From contig OZ219865.1 in assembly GCA_964291675.2 (NCBI GenBank), positions 736,001 to 800,000 of the forward strand: 64,000 nt of DNA, in the 5' to 3' direction. Made by a program: the position numbers and the translations under genes. Positions 9,032 to 18,136 of this stretch are shown here, piece after piece. The stretch's first letter is position 1, and the number at the start of each line of letters is the position of its first letter. The notes under the pieces are model-generated. The model was not told the DNA's origin and did not search any database. It saw only the letters and a program-made list of their open reading frames with translations. The stretch comes from Alphaproteobacteria bacterium (lineage in GTDB: Bacteria > Pseudomonadota > Alphaproteobacteria > MPNO01).

Positions 9032-10698
9032 CCGGCAATATCAGGACCGGCGGGCAGATCCTGGCGGATGCGCTGCTCACCCACGGGGTGGACACGATCT
9101 TCTGCGTGCCCGGCGAGAGCTACATCGCCACCCTCGATGCGCTGTTCGACGTGAGCCAGCGGATCCGCGTCGTCACCTGCCGCCAGGAAGGCGGCGCGGC
9201 CTATATGGCGGAAGCCTACGGCAAGCTCACCGGGCGGCCCGGGATCTGCTTCGTCACCCGCGGTCCCGGGGCGACCAATGCGAGCGTCGGCATCCACACC
9301 GCGCGCCAGGATTCTTCGCCGGTGATCCTCTTCGTCGGCCAGGTCGCGCGCGGCATGGCCGAGCGCGAGGCCTTCCAGGAGATCGACTTCCGCCGGATGA
9401 TGGGCGAGCTCGCCAAGTGGACCGGCCAGATCGACGATCCGGCGCGCATACCGGAATACGTCAACCGCGCCTTCCGCACCGCGACCTCCGGGCGGGCCGG
9501 GCCGGTGGTGCTGGCGCTGCCCGAGGACATGCAGACCGAACGCGCCGAGGCCGAGGACGGCGCGGCCTACGACGAGGTGCAGGCGAGCCCGGCATTCCGG
9601 GACATGGAGCGGCTGCGCGACATGCTGGCGAAGGCAGAGCGTCCGATCATGCTGGCCGGCGGCAGCGGCTGGACCGAGGACGCCTGCGACAACCTGCGGG
9701 CCTTCGCCGAGGCCAACGACCTGCCCGTCGCCGTCGGGTTCCGCCGCCAGGACCTGCTCGACAACCGTCATCCCGCCTATGCCGGGGTGGTCGGGCTGGG
9801 CGTCAATCCGGCCCTCGCCCGGGCGATCGGGGACGCCGATGTGCTGCTGGTGGCCGGCGCCCAGCTCGGCGAGGTCGTCACCCAGGGCTACTCCCTCCTC
9901 GCGCTGCCCAAGCCGCGCCAGTGCCTGATCCACGCCCATCCCGGGATCGACGAGCTCGGCAAGGTCTATCAGCCGGAGCTTGCGATCAACGCCGGCATGC
10001 CGGAATTCGCCGCCGCGCTCGCCGCCCTGGAGCCGGTCGCCGACCCGCCCTGGGCCGCGCGCCGCGCCGGGCTGCGGGCGGCTTACGAGGCTTTCGCGCA
10101 ACCCACCGACATGCCGGGCGCGCTCAACCTGGCGCACGCGGTGCGCCATCTGGAGGACGCGCTGCCGCAAGACGCCATCATCGCCAACGGCGCCGGGAAT
10201 TTCTCGCAGTGGCTGCACCGGTTCCACCGCTATCGCGGGTTCCGCACTCAGCTCGCGCCGCAGAGCGGGTCGATGGGCTACGGCGTGCCGGCGGGCGTCG
10301 CGGCGGCGCTGCTGCACCCGGGACGCCGGGTCGTCGCCTGGTGCGGCGACGGCGATTTTCTGATGAACGGCCAGGAGGTCGCGACCGCCGCGGCCGAGCG
10401 TCTCCGCAACCTCACCTTTCTGGTGGTGGACAACGGAACCTACGGCACCATCCGCATGCACCAGGAACGGCACTACCCCGGGCGGGTGATCGCCACCGAC
10501 CTCGCCAACCCGGATTTTGCGATGCTGGCCCGGGCCTACGGCCTGTATGGCGAGACGGTGACGAGCACGGAGGATTTTCCCGCCGCCTTCGAGCGCGCCC
10601 GGGAGGCCGACAGCCCCGCCCTGCTGGCGCTCCGCATCGACCCCGAGGCGATCCTGCCGGGCGCCACCATCAGCGGCATCAGGGCGGCGAGCGGTTAG
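9028..10698 (+). CDS. Thiamine pyrophosphate-dependent enzyme (acetolactate synthase-like)
   Basis: FCVPGES, RQEGGA, TRGPGATN, GSMGYG and the GDGDFLM...DNG TPP motif. Confidence 0.92.
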   Translation: MTGNIRTGGQILADALLTHGVDTIFCVPGESYIATLDALFDVSQRIRVVTCRQEGGAAYMAEAYGKLTGRPGICFVTRGPGATNASVGIHTARQDSSPVILFVGQVARGMAEREAFQEIDFRRMMGELAKWTGQIDDPARIPEYVNRAFRTATSGRAGPVVLALPEDMQTERAEAEDGAAYDEVQASPAFRDMERLRDMLAKAERPIMLAGGSGWTEDACDNLRAFAEANDLPVAVGFRRQDLLDNRHPAYAGVVGLGVNPALARAIGDADVLLVAGAQLGEVVTQGYSLLALPKPRQCLIHAHPGIDELGKVYQPELAINAGMPEFAAALAALEPVADPPWAARRAGLRAAYEAFAQPTDMPGALNLAHAVRHLEDALPQDAIIANGAGNFSQWLHRFHRYRGFRTQLAPQSGSMGYGVPAGVAAALLHPGRRVVAWCGDGDFLMNGQEVATAAAERLRNLTFLVVDNGTYGTIRMHQERHYPGRVIATDLANPDFAMLARAYGLYGETVTSTEDFPAAFERAREADSPALLALRIDPEAILPGATISGIRAASG

Positions 10699-11276
10699 GC
10701 GGCCGCGTCCTTGTGGGCGGTGAAGGTGAGGCCCTTGGCGGTGAACTTGTCCTTCACCCCCGGCTTGATGGCGTCCAGCTTGACCGCGCTGGAGGGCGCC
10801 AGGTCGATATCGGTCATGTCGTGCACGCCGCCGGTGATCAGCACCTGCAACACGCCCTCCCCGTCGCCGATATTGCGGAAGGCGCGGTTGACCTTGGGCG
10901 GCACCGAGATGGTGTCGAACTCGCCGAGCTCGGCCCGCCCGCCGCCGTCGTCGTTCCACGTCACCTCGAAGCGGCCCTTGAGCACGGTGAAGGTCTCGTA
11001 GGTCTGGAGATGGGCGTGCAGCGACGGGCCCTGGCCCGGCGGGCAGACGGCAATCGTCATGGTCATGCCGGCGGCGTCCACGATGGGCGCGCCGGCGTTG
11101 ACCGGCGTCTCCACGTCGCCGCCGAGGCCGATCACCGAGAGCAGCTTGCGCGCATAGACGACGTCGTTCGCCTCCTGCGGTATCTCCGGATCCTGCTGGA
11201 TCGGCAGGGGCTCCAGCGCGCTATAGCGCGAAATCCGGCTCTCCATCTCGTCCGGCGTGATCTCGATCGTCTTCAT
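10695..11276 (-). CDS. Cupin domain protein
   Basis: PPGQGPSLHAHLQTYETFTVLKG and DTISVPPKVNRAFRN. Confidence 0.85.
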   Translation of the reverse strand: MKTIEITPDEMESRISRYSALEPLPIQQDPEIPQEANDVVYARKLLSVIGLGGDVETPVNAGAPIVDAAGMTMTIAVCPPGQGPSLHAHLQTYETFTVLKGRFEVTWNDDGGGRAELGEFDTISVPPKVNRAFRNIGDGEGVLQVLITGGVHDMTDIDLAPSSAVKLDAIKPGVKDKFTAKGLTFTAHKDAAA

Positions 11277-11358
11277 CGCATCCTCCCCGGCGCGCAGCCT
11301 GCGCCGCGCCGGGCATGGTAGAGCGATCCGGGCCGGATTGGAATCGCCCGTGCGCGCC

Positions 11359-12195
11359 TCACTCGCCCGCCATCAGGGCGTTCATCTCGGGGTGCAGGAT
11401 GACGCCCTCGGCGAAGCCGTAGCCGCCGGTGGCGGCGAGCTCGGCCGCGGCGTTGCGCGCCAGCGTGGCGAAGGCGAGCGAGAGCAGCCCGCCGATGCTC
11501 ACCCGGGCGACGCCGAGCCGCCTGAGCTCGCCGAGCGGCGGCGAGACCGCGCTCGCCAAAATGTTCACCGGCCCGTCGATCCCCTCGACCAGCGCGCCTA
11601 TGGTCTCGGCATCGCGCGCGAAGGGGACGAACAGGCAGTCCGCGCCCGCCTCGCGGAAGGCGTTACAGCGGCGGATCGCCTCGGCGAGCGCCTCGGGCCC
11701 CTTGCCGCCGCGCAGGAACACGTCGCAGCGCGCGTTGACGACCGCCGGCACGCCTGCCGCGTCGGCCGCCTCGCGCCCCGCCGCGATCCGCGCCACCGCG
11801 AGGTCGAAATCGAGCAGCGGCTCGGACGAGCGAATCGTGCCGTCCTCGATGTTGAGCCCGACCGCGCCCGCCTCGATCGTCGCCCGCACGGTGTCGGCCA
11901 CCGCCTCGGGCTCGGTGCCGTAGCCCGCCTCCATGTCGGCCGTCACCGGCACGTCGACGCGCTCGGCGATACGCCGCACCATCCAGAGCATCTCCTCGCG
12001 CGGGATGTTCTCGCCGTCGGCATAGCCCATCAGCCAGGCGATGCCGGCGCTCGAGGTGGCGATGGCGGGAAAGCCGGCCTCGACGACGATGCGCGCGATC
12101 GACGCATCGGAGGCGTTGACCAGCACCAGCGGCTCCGGCCCGCGATGGAGCGCCCTGAACGCTTCCGCCTTCGCGACCTGTCGGGAATCCGCCAT
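11359..12195 (-). CDS. Isocitrate lyase/PEP mutase family protein lacking the KRCGH loop
   Basis: AIATSSAG, TADMEAGYG, GLNIEDG, NARCD, GADCLF. Confidence 0.88.
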   Translation of the reverse strand: MADSRQVAKAEAFRALHRGPEPLVLVNASDASIARIVVEAGFPAIATSSAGIAWLMGYADGENIPREEMLWMVRRIAERVDVPVTADMEAGYGTEPEAVADTVRATIEAGAVGLNIEDGTIRSSEPLLDFDLAVARIAAGREAADAAGVPAVVNARCDVFLRGGKGPEALAEAIRRCNAFREAGADCLFVPFARDAETIGALVEGIDGPVNILASAVSPPLGELRRLGVARVSIGGLLSLAFATLARNAAAELAATGGYGFAEGVILHPEMNALMAGE

Positions 12196-12206
12196 CGTCC
12201 GTCCCC

Positions 12207-13529
12207 TCAGATATCGAAGGCGGGCACCGTCCCGCCGCAGGCCATGGCGAGCACGCCGTCGATCACGGCTTCGGGCTCGGCGACCCCGCCGAAGCGCAGC
12301 AATTCGCGCGCCTTGTCCGCCATTTCGCGGCGGTCGAGCGCGGCCTCGGGATCGCCCTTGCACTGCCGCCGGGCGGCGCTCACGCGGCTGCCGTCGGCGA
12401 GGATCGCCGTCACCTCGCCGCCCCACGCGGCGGGATAGTCCGTCACGTAAGGCGCCCCCGCGCCCACCCTCACCCTAGAGCGCAGCGCGGCGAGGCGGGC
12501 GCGCGACTCGGCCTCGAAGGACTCGAAGCCCACCGCGCCGTCGTTGAGCGCCGCGGCGATGCAGTGCTGGAGCGAGAATTTGGCTTCATAGGGCGATGCC
12601 GGCATCGGCCGGTCGCACACATCGACCGCCGCCCGGTAGGTCGACGCCTCGACGCCCGTCACCGCAGCCGCGTCGATGCCGGCGGAGAGCTCCAGCGCGG
12701 CGTCGATGACCGGGTGGGTATGCCGGCAGGACGGCCAGGGCTTGATCGAGGTGGCATGCACGGCCCACGGCGCATCCGGGTGGCGCAGCACCGCTGCCGG
12801 GTCCGCATCGGGGCAGGCGCCGGCATAGAGGCCCTGCGGTCCTTCGAGGATCGCCGGCGGCCCGGTGAAGCCGCCCGCCGCCAGCTCCGCCGCGACGACG
12901 CCTGCTTCCGCCGCGCGCCCGGCATGGAGGTGCTTGCTCATCGCGCCCGTGTTGAGGAACTCCCAGAGCCCGGCGGATTGTGTGCCGGCGTTGCCGAGCG
13001 CATGGACGGTCGCCGCGTCGTCCAGCCCGATCGACGAAGCCGCCGCCATCGCCGCGCCGAACGGCCCGCAGGTCGCGGTGTTGTGCCAGACCTTGTAATG
13101 CGTCGGCCCGACCGACATGCCGACCCGGCAGACCGCCTCGAAGCCGTGCAGCACCGCGCGCAGAAAGGCCGCCCCATCCGCCTCTTCCCCGTCGGCGAGC
13201 GCCAGCGCGGCGGGGATGACGACGCATCCCGGATGGGTGACCGAGCCGCGATGCAGGTCGTCGACCTCCAGGACGTGCATGCAGCCGCCCATCACCAGCG
13301 CGCGGCGTCCTGGGTCCCGCCGGTCGGCGCCCCAGCGCCGCAGGATCCGGCCCGGCTCGGTCGCCCGGCCGGCCAGCATGTTGGCGATGCCGTCGAGCGC
13401 GATCAGCGCCATCGCGTCGAGGTCGCCCTGCGCGACCGGCCTCGCGCGAATCAGCGAGACCAGCCCTTCGGTCAGCGTCGGCTGGGCCGCAGGCTCGATC
13501 GAGGCCGATTGCGCGGCGGCGGTGCTCAC
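12207..13529 (-). CDS. MmgE/PrpD family protein (non-PrpD branch)
   Basis: HVLEVDDLH...HPG, WHNTATCG, KHLHAG, KPWPSCRHTH, EAKFS. GTG overlaps the upstream stop. Confidence 0.88.
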   Translation of the reverse strand: MSTAAAQSASIEPAAQPTLTEGLVSLIRARPVAQGDLDAMALIALDGIANMLAGRATEPGRILRRWGADRRDPGRRALVMGGCMHVLEVDDLHRGSVTHPGCVVIPAALALADGEEADGAAFLRAVLHGFEAVCRVGMSVGPTHYKVWHNTATCGPFGAAMAAASSIGLDDAATVHALGNAGTQSAGLWEFLNTGAMSKHLHAGRAAEAGVVAAELAAGGFTGPPAILEGPQGLYAGACPDADPAAVLRHPDAPWAVHATSIKPWPSCRHTHPVIDAALELSAGIDAAAVTGVEASTYRAAVDVCDRPMPASPYEAKFSLQHCIAAALNDGAVGFESFEAESRARLAALRSRVRVGAGAPYVTDYPAAWGGEVTAILADGSRVSAARRQCKGDPEAALDRREMADKARELLRFGGVAEPEAVIDGVLAMACGGTVPAFDI

Positions 13530-14764
13530 GCGCCGCCGCCCGGCGGCCGGTAGTCGGGGAAGCGCCCGGAGACGTCGAGGTTGAACAGCTTGCGCGCGTT
13601 CTCGCCCAGGATGTTGCGCTTCGCCGTCTCGTCGAGGAAGGGCAGGTCGTAGATCACGCTCGGCAGGTCCATGTCCCAATGCGGATAGTCGGAACACCAG
13701 CAGAGCTGGGTCTCGGCCTTGATCATCTTGAACGTCATCTCGAGCACGTCGAGGTCGTTGGGGACCTCCATCGGCTGCGACGAATAGTACATGTCCTGCA
13801 TGTACTCGCTCGGCAGCTTCTTCAGCGACGGCGCCTCGGAGCTCCGCATCCGGTAGTCGTTGTCGAGGCGCTGCATGAGCCACGGGACCCAGGCGAGACC
13901 CGATTCGATCCAGATCACCTTGAGCCCGGGGAAACGCTCGGGCAGGCCGTTGATCACCCAGTTGGCGCAATGCATGGCGTTGTAGATGGTGAAGCCCATC
14001 GCATGGGTGATGAGGAACCGGTTGGTCGCGCCGAGCAGCGGGTCGTTCCAGTTATAGGAGGCGTGGAAGGCGAGCGGCTTGCCCATCTCCTCCATCAGCC
14101 GGTAGGTCTTCATGTAGGCGTTGTCATAGACCGGCTTGTAGCGCGTCGACACCACGGAGAACCCGACCACCCCCTTCCTGTCGCCGAACTCCTCCACCAC
14201 CCGGTAGGCGGCTTCGGGGTCGTTGAACGGCAGATAGAGCATCGAGGTGATGCGCTCGTTCTGCGGCAGGATCTGCTCCACCAGCCAGCGGTTGTAGGCG
14301 CGCGACATCGCGACCTCGATCTCGGGCTGCGGGTGCAGGCCGAGCAGCAGCATGGGCGTCGGGAACATCGACACGTAATCGACCCCCATCGCATCCATCC
14401 ACTTGAGCGAGAGGTGGATGTCGCGGTGGGTGCCGTCGGCCGGCGTCTGTTCCAGCTTGCGCAGCGGGTAGCGCATGACCCGGCCGGAGATGTCCTGGTA
14501 GCCGACCACGCCCGGAATCAGCGGGGACTGCGCGCCGGTGCCGCTGCCGGAATAGACCAGCCCGGTCTGCTTGATCACCGGGTCCTCGATGTACTGGATG
14601 ATGTCGCGCAGCGACTCGTTCTCGTAGTGGTGGCAGTCGACATCGACGATCAGCACGTCCTCCAGCTTGCGCCGGTCGCGCTGTCTGGCGGCGTTGAGGA
14701 GGAGCTTCTTGGTGTCGAACTCCTCGACGCTCATCTTGTGGATGTCGCTTGTCGGAATATCCAT
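13526..14764 (-). CDS. Amidohydrolase-2 family TIM-barrel metalloprotein; candidate dinuclear oxygenase subunit
   Basis: IVDVDCHHYE, AFHAS, ERFPGLKVIWIESG, SDYPHWD, ILGENA. Confidence 0.88.
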   Translation of the reverse strand: MDIPTSDIHKMSVEEFDTKKLLLNAARQRDRRKLEDVLIVDVDCHHYENESLRDIIQYIEDPVIKQTGLVYSGSGTGAQSPLIPGVVGYQDISGRVMRYPLRKLEQTPADGTHRDIHLSLKWMDAMGVDYVSMFPTPMLLLGLHPQPEIEVAMSRAYNRWLVEQILPQNERITSMLYLPFNDPEAAYRVVEEFGDRKGVVGFSVVSTRYKPVYDNAYMKTYRLMEEMGKPLAFHASYNWNDPLLGATNRFLITHAMGFTIYNAMHCANWVINGLPERFPGLKVIWIESGLAWVPWLMQRLDNDYRMRSSEAPSLKKLPSEYMQDMYYSSQPMEVPNDLDVLEMTFKMIKAETQLCWCSDYPHWDMDLPSVIYDLPFLDETAKRNILGENARKLFNLDVSGRFPDYRPPGGGA

Positions 14765-14776
14765 TTCCCGTCTCCG

Positions 14777-15103
14777 TCAGGCGCCCGACCAGGCTTGCCA
14801 CATGCCGAGCTCGAACAGCTCGACATTCACCGCGCGCAGCATCGCGGTGCACATGATCATCACGGCGGTTGCCGGCATCGCCCGGTCGTCGACGAAGGGC
14901 GACCAGCGCTCGCCGATCTGGAACTTGACCGTATACAGCTTGGTCAGCGCGGTGAGTCCCTCCTGGATCAGCGCGTCGGGCGGCTCGTCGCCCTCCCCGA
15001 GCTCCAGCATCTTCGCGGCGAATGCCTGGAGCCTGGCCGTCTCCTCGCCGACATCGGCCAGCAGGTCGCCGAACTCGTCCTCCGGCTGCTCAGGCGAGGA
15101 CAT
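14777..15103 (-). CDS. Small acidic hypothetical protein
   Basis: 108-aa ORF with typical codon usage. Overlaps the Rieske gene and ends 12 nt before the amidohydrolase start. Confidence 0.75.
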   Translation of the reverse strand: MSSPEQPEDEFGDLLADVGEETARLQAFAAKMLELGEGDEPPDALIQEGLTALTKLYTVKFQIGERWSPFVDDRAMPATAVMIMCTAMLRAVNVELFELGMWQAWSGA

Positions 15104-15458
15104 AGATTCCGTCCTCCTTCTCGACGACGTCGTATTTCCTGAGGCGGAACGTCCGGTCCGCGACCATCACCCCGGTCTCCAAATCGTACTCCCAGCCATG
15201 CCAGGGACAGACGATGTGCATCTCGTCGTGGTTGAAGCGCATGCCCCGATATGTCTTGTCCTCGGCGATGACCTCCTCGACCTTGGCCATCAGCAGCCCC
15301 TCGCAGGCCGGCCCGCCCTGGTGGGCGCACAAATTCTGGTAGGCGTAGAGCCGCCCCTTCACCCGGTAGACGCCGATCTCCGAGTTGCCGTTGGGAACGA
15401 TCTTGCGCTCGCCGTCGGGCAGGTCGTCGGACTTGGCGACAAAGATCTCCTTTGCCAT
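15090..15458 (-). CDS. Rieske [2Fe-2S] ferredoxin
   Basis: CAHQGGP...CPWHGWEYD. Confidence 0.93.
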   Translation of the reverse strand: MAKEIFVAKSDDLPDGERKIVPNGNSEIGVYRVKGRLYAYQNLCAHQGGPACEGLLMAKVEEVIAEDKTYRGMRFNHDEMHIVCPWHGWEYDLETGVMVADRTFRLRKYDVVEKEDGIYVLA

Positions 15459-15492
15459 TCCCGTCTCCTCCTGGTCGAATCCGTGCCGGCGC

Positions 15493-16338
15493 TCAGTTGG
15501 TGGCGACCGAGAGGCTGTGCGCCCCGGTCCCGCCCTGATGCCGGTTGGCGTAGGCCTGCAGCCGCGTCATGCCCATATTCGCGAGCGCGGCGAGCGCGAA
15601 GATGATGAGGATGATCGCGTACATCTCGCCGATCCTGAACTGCTCGTAGTAGTTCCCCAGCCGGTAGCCCAGCCCGCCGTCGGCGAATTTGAGCTCGGCG
15701 ACCAGCACGCCGATGACGGTGATCGCCATGCCCAGCCGGAGCCCGGTGATGACCGGGTTCACCATCGCCGGGATGTAGATCTTGATCACCGTCTGCCAGC
15801 GGCTGAGGTTGAACGACTTGCCGACCCGGAGCAGCACCGGGTTGATCAGGATCATGCCGAGCGCGGTGGAGAACACCACCGGGAAGAACGCCGACAGCGC
15901 CCCCTTGGCCATCTTGGAATCGATGCCGGTGCCGAAGATCAGGAACAGGATCGGCAGGAAGATGATCTTGGGCGTCGAGCCGATGGCGTTGAGATAGGGC
16001 TCGATCGCCTTGCGCAGCAGCGGGTTGACGCCCATGGCGATGCCGAGCGCGAGCGCGATCGCGGAGCCCACGATGAAGCCGACGATGTGCTCGGCGAAGG
16101 TGATCCCGAGGTCGCGATAGAAATCCGCCGCCGTGACCTCGCCCCAGATCGCCACCGCGATCTTCCACGACGACGGGATCACGTCGCCGTAGAGGATTTC
16201 CAGGGCTCCGAGCGCGGCGAGCCCTTCCCATGCCGCCAGCAGGCAGATCACGGTGAGCACGCGGATGCGCAAGACCGTGGCCTCGCCGCCGCCGGCCAGC
16301 GCGGGCGCCGCGGTTCCGACTACACCGGCCTGAGCCAC
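15493..16338 (-). CDS. ABC transporter permease (NitT/TauT/SsuC type)
   Basis: Hydrophobic. PKIIFLP, GKSFNLSRWQ (EAA-like loop), GVLVAEL. Confidence 0.9.
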   Translation of the reverse strand: MAQAGVVGTAAPALAGGGEATVLRIRVLTVICLLAAWEGLAALGALEILYGDVIPSSWKIAVAIWGEVTAADFYRDLGITFAEHIVGFIVGSAIALALGIAMGVNPLLRKAIEPYLNAIGSTPKIIFLPILFLIFGTGIDSKMAKGALSAFFPVVFSTALGMILINPVLLRVGKSFNLSRWQTVIKIYIPAMVNPVITGLRLGMAITVIGVLVAELKFADGGLGYRLGNYYEQFRIGEMYAIILIIFALAALANMGMTRLQAYANRHQGGTGAHSLSVATN

Positions 16339-17081
16339 TTCTCGATCCTCCCGAAGCCCCAGTAGAAGAACACGCTGACCAGGATCACCGCAACGATGCT
16401 GGCATAGGTGCCGGGCGTGTCGAAGCGGAAATACATCTCGGAGACGATCCGTCCCAGCCCGCCGAAATCGATCAGGTATTCGATCGCAACGATGTTGACG
16501 AGAGTATACATCACGCCGATCCGGATGCCCGTGAAGATGGTCGGCACGGCGCAGGGCAGCTGGATCTTCCAGAACATCTCGCGCTCCGACAGGTTGAAGC
16601 TCCGCCCGACATTGAGCAGCGTCTGGGAGACCCCGAGAAGGCCCTGCCGGGTCTGGATGACGATGGGGATGGCGCCCGGGATGAAGCCCATCATGATCAG
16701 CGTGAGGTAGGTGCGCCCGAAGATCACCAGGAACAGCGGGTAGAGCAGCACCGTCGGCGCGGCGAAGGCGGCCGCGAGCCAGCCCTCATAGGCGATGCCG
16801 TAGCGCCGGTTGCGGTAGAGAAAATAGCCGAACGGCACCCCGATGGAGAGCGCGATCGCCGTCGACGCCGCGGTCATGCCGAGGGTGACGAAAAAGTTCC
16901 CGACCAGGTCCATGTCCTCCTGGACCGGCGGGAAGGCGAGAAACGTGTCGGACGGGCGCGGGACGACAAGCTCCATCACCATCCCGGTCTCGACCGCGAT
17001 CTCGAGCACGCAGAGGAACGCGGCGAGCCCGATGGCGCCGACCAGGACGGGCGACTTCGACAGCCTGAACGAGCCCGTCAT
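16320..17081 (-). CDS. ABC transporter permease (NitT/TauT type)
   Basis: Hydrophobic. GRSFNLSEREMFWKIQLP, IFTGIRIG, VAIEYL. Confidence 0.9.
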   Translation of the reverse strand: MTGSFRLSKSPVLVGAIGLAAFLCVLEIAVETGMVMELVVPRPSDTFLAFPPVQEDMDLVGNFFVTLGMTAASTAIALSIGVPFGYFLYRNRRYGIAYEGWLAAAFAAPTVLLYPLFLVIFGRTYLTLIMMGFIPGAIPIVIQTRQGLLGVSQTLLNVGRSFNLSEREMFWKIQLPCAVPTIFTGIRIGVMYTLVNIVAIEYLIDFGGLGRIVSEMYFRFDTPGTYASIVAVILVSVFFYWGFGRIEKWLRPV

Positions 17082-17105
17082 CCCGCGCCGTCCGCGATCC
17101 CCGGT

Positions 17106-18071
17106 CTAGATCGGCTTGTGGCCCATCGGGTGGACCAGCTCCTTGAGCTGTTCGGCGGTCAGCAGCTTCTTGATCTTCCCCTCCTTGAGCGCGATCCGGT
17201 TGATGTTGTCGAGCCCGGCGACCGGCAGGAAGGTGGACAAGCTGAGCGGCGAATCCATCGGCGCCGTCTTGATGTCCTCGTAGTTGAGCTTCCAGCGCTT
17301 GGCATAGGCCTTGAGCTGCTCGTCGCTCGAATAGCTGCGCGCCTGGCCCTCGGTCAGCGCGTACATCAGGCGCGTCGCCGCATCTCGGTTCTCTTCGAGC
17401 CAGTTCACATTGGCCGCGATCACCCTGATGGTGGTGCCGGTCAGCGCGGCGGCGGCCGCCCCGGTGCCGATAATCCGGATCTTCTTTTCGCGCACCAGCC
17501 CCTTGTTGAGCGGGAAGACCGACCAGCCGGTGGCGACCTGCCCGGACATGAGCTGGGTGCGCGAGCCCGACGGCCCGCCGACCGAGACCGCCTTGGCCGG
17601 AATGTTGAGCGCCTCCTTGATGAACAGCACGGCGAGGTTGGTGGTCGAGCCGGGCCTGGAATAGACGAACTCGTGTTCGGCCTTGAGGTCCTTGAAGCTC
17701 TTGATCGGGCTGTCGGGCTTCACATACCAGTAGAGGTCCGGCACGCCGCGGATATTGCTGCCCAGCACGCGGACCGGCGCCCCTCTCGAATAGGCCGAGA
17801 CCACGCCGAGCACGCCGTTGCCCCAGACCACGTCCTGGCTCCCGGTGATCACCGCCTGGAGCGACGCCGCGCCGCCCGAGCCGTGGATGATCGAGACGTC
17901 GAGCCCGTATTTCTCGAAGATCCCGTTCTCCTTGGCGGAGTAGGGATGCTCGGTCTCGAACACCACCTTGGTGCTGTTGACCATGCGGACCTTGTCAAGC
18001 GCTGAAGCGGGCGCGGCGGCCACCGCAGCCGTCATGACGGCGAGCGCCGCCGTCTTCACATATCCAGCCAT
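17106..18071 (-). CDS. ABC transporter substrate-binding protein (NMT1/SsuA-like)
   Basis: Signal peptide ending ASA, GIFEKYGLDV, SRPGSTT. Confidence 0.87.
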   Translation of the reverse strand: MAGYVKTAALAVMTAAVAAAPASALDKVRMVNSTKVVFETEHPYSAKENGIFEKYGLDVSIIHGSGGAASLQAVITGSQDVVWGNGVLGVVSAYSRGAPVRVLGSNIRGVPDLYWYVKPDSPIKSFKDLKAEHEFVYSRPGSTTNLAVLFIKEALNIPAKAVSVGGPSGSRTQLMSGQVATGWSVFPLNKGLVREKKIRIIGTGAAAAALTGTTIRVIAANVNWLEENRDAATRLMYALTEGQARSYSSDEQLKAYAKRWKLNYEDIKTAPMDSPLSLSTFLPVAGLDNINRIALKEGKIKKLLTAEQLKELVHPMGHKPI

Positions 18072-18136
18072 TTGTTCCCTCCTGATGTTCAGCCGCAGCA
18101 GTCTATCCGAAAGCCGCAACGCCTGCGAAACCTCCC

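Noticed and set aside
9028-10698. ilvB/ilvI of branched-chain amino acid synthesis
   Set aside because: No small regulatory subunit or ilvC nearby. The context is catabolic, so only a family-level call is made.
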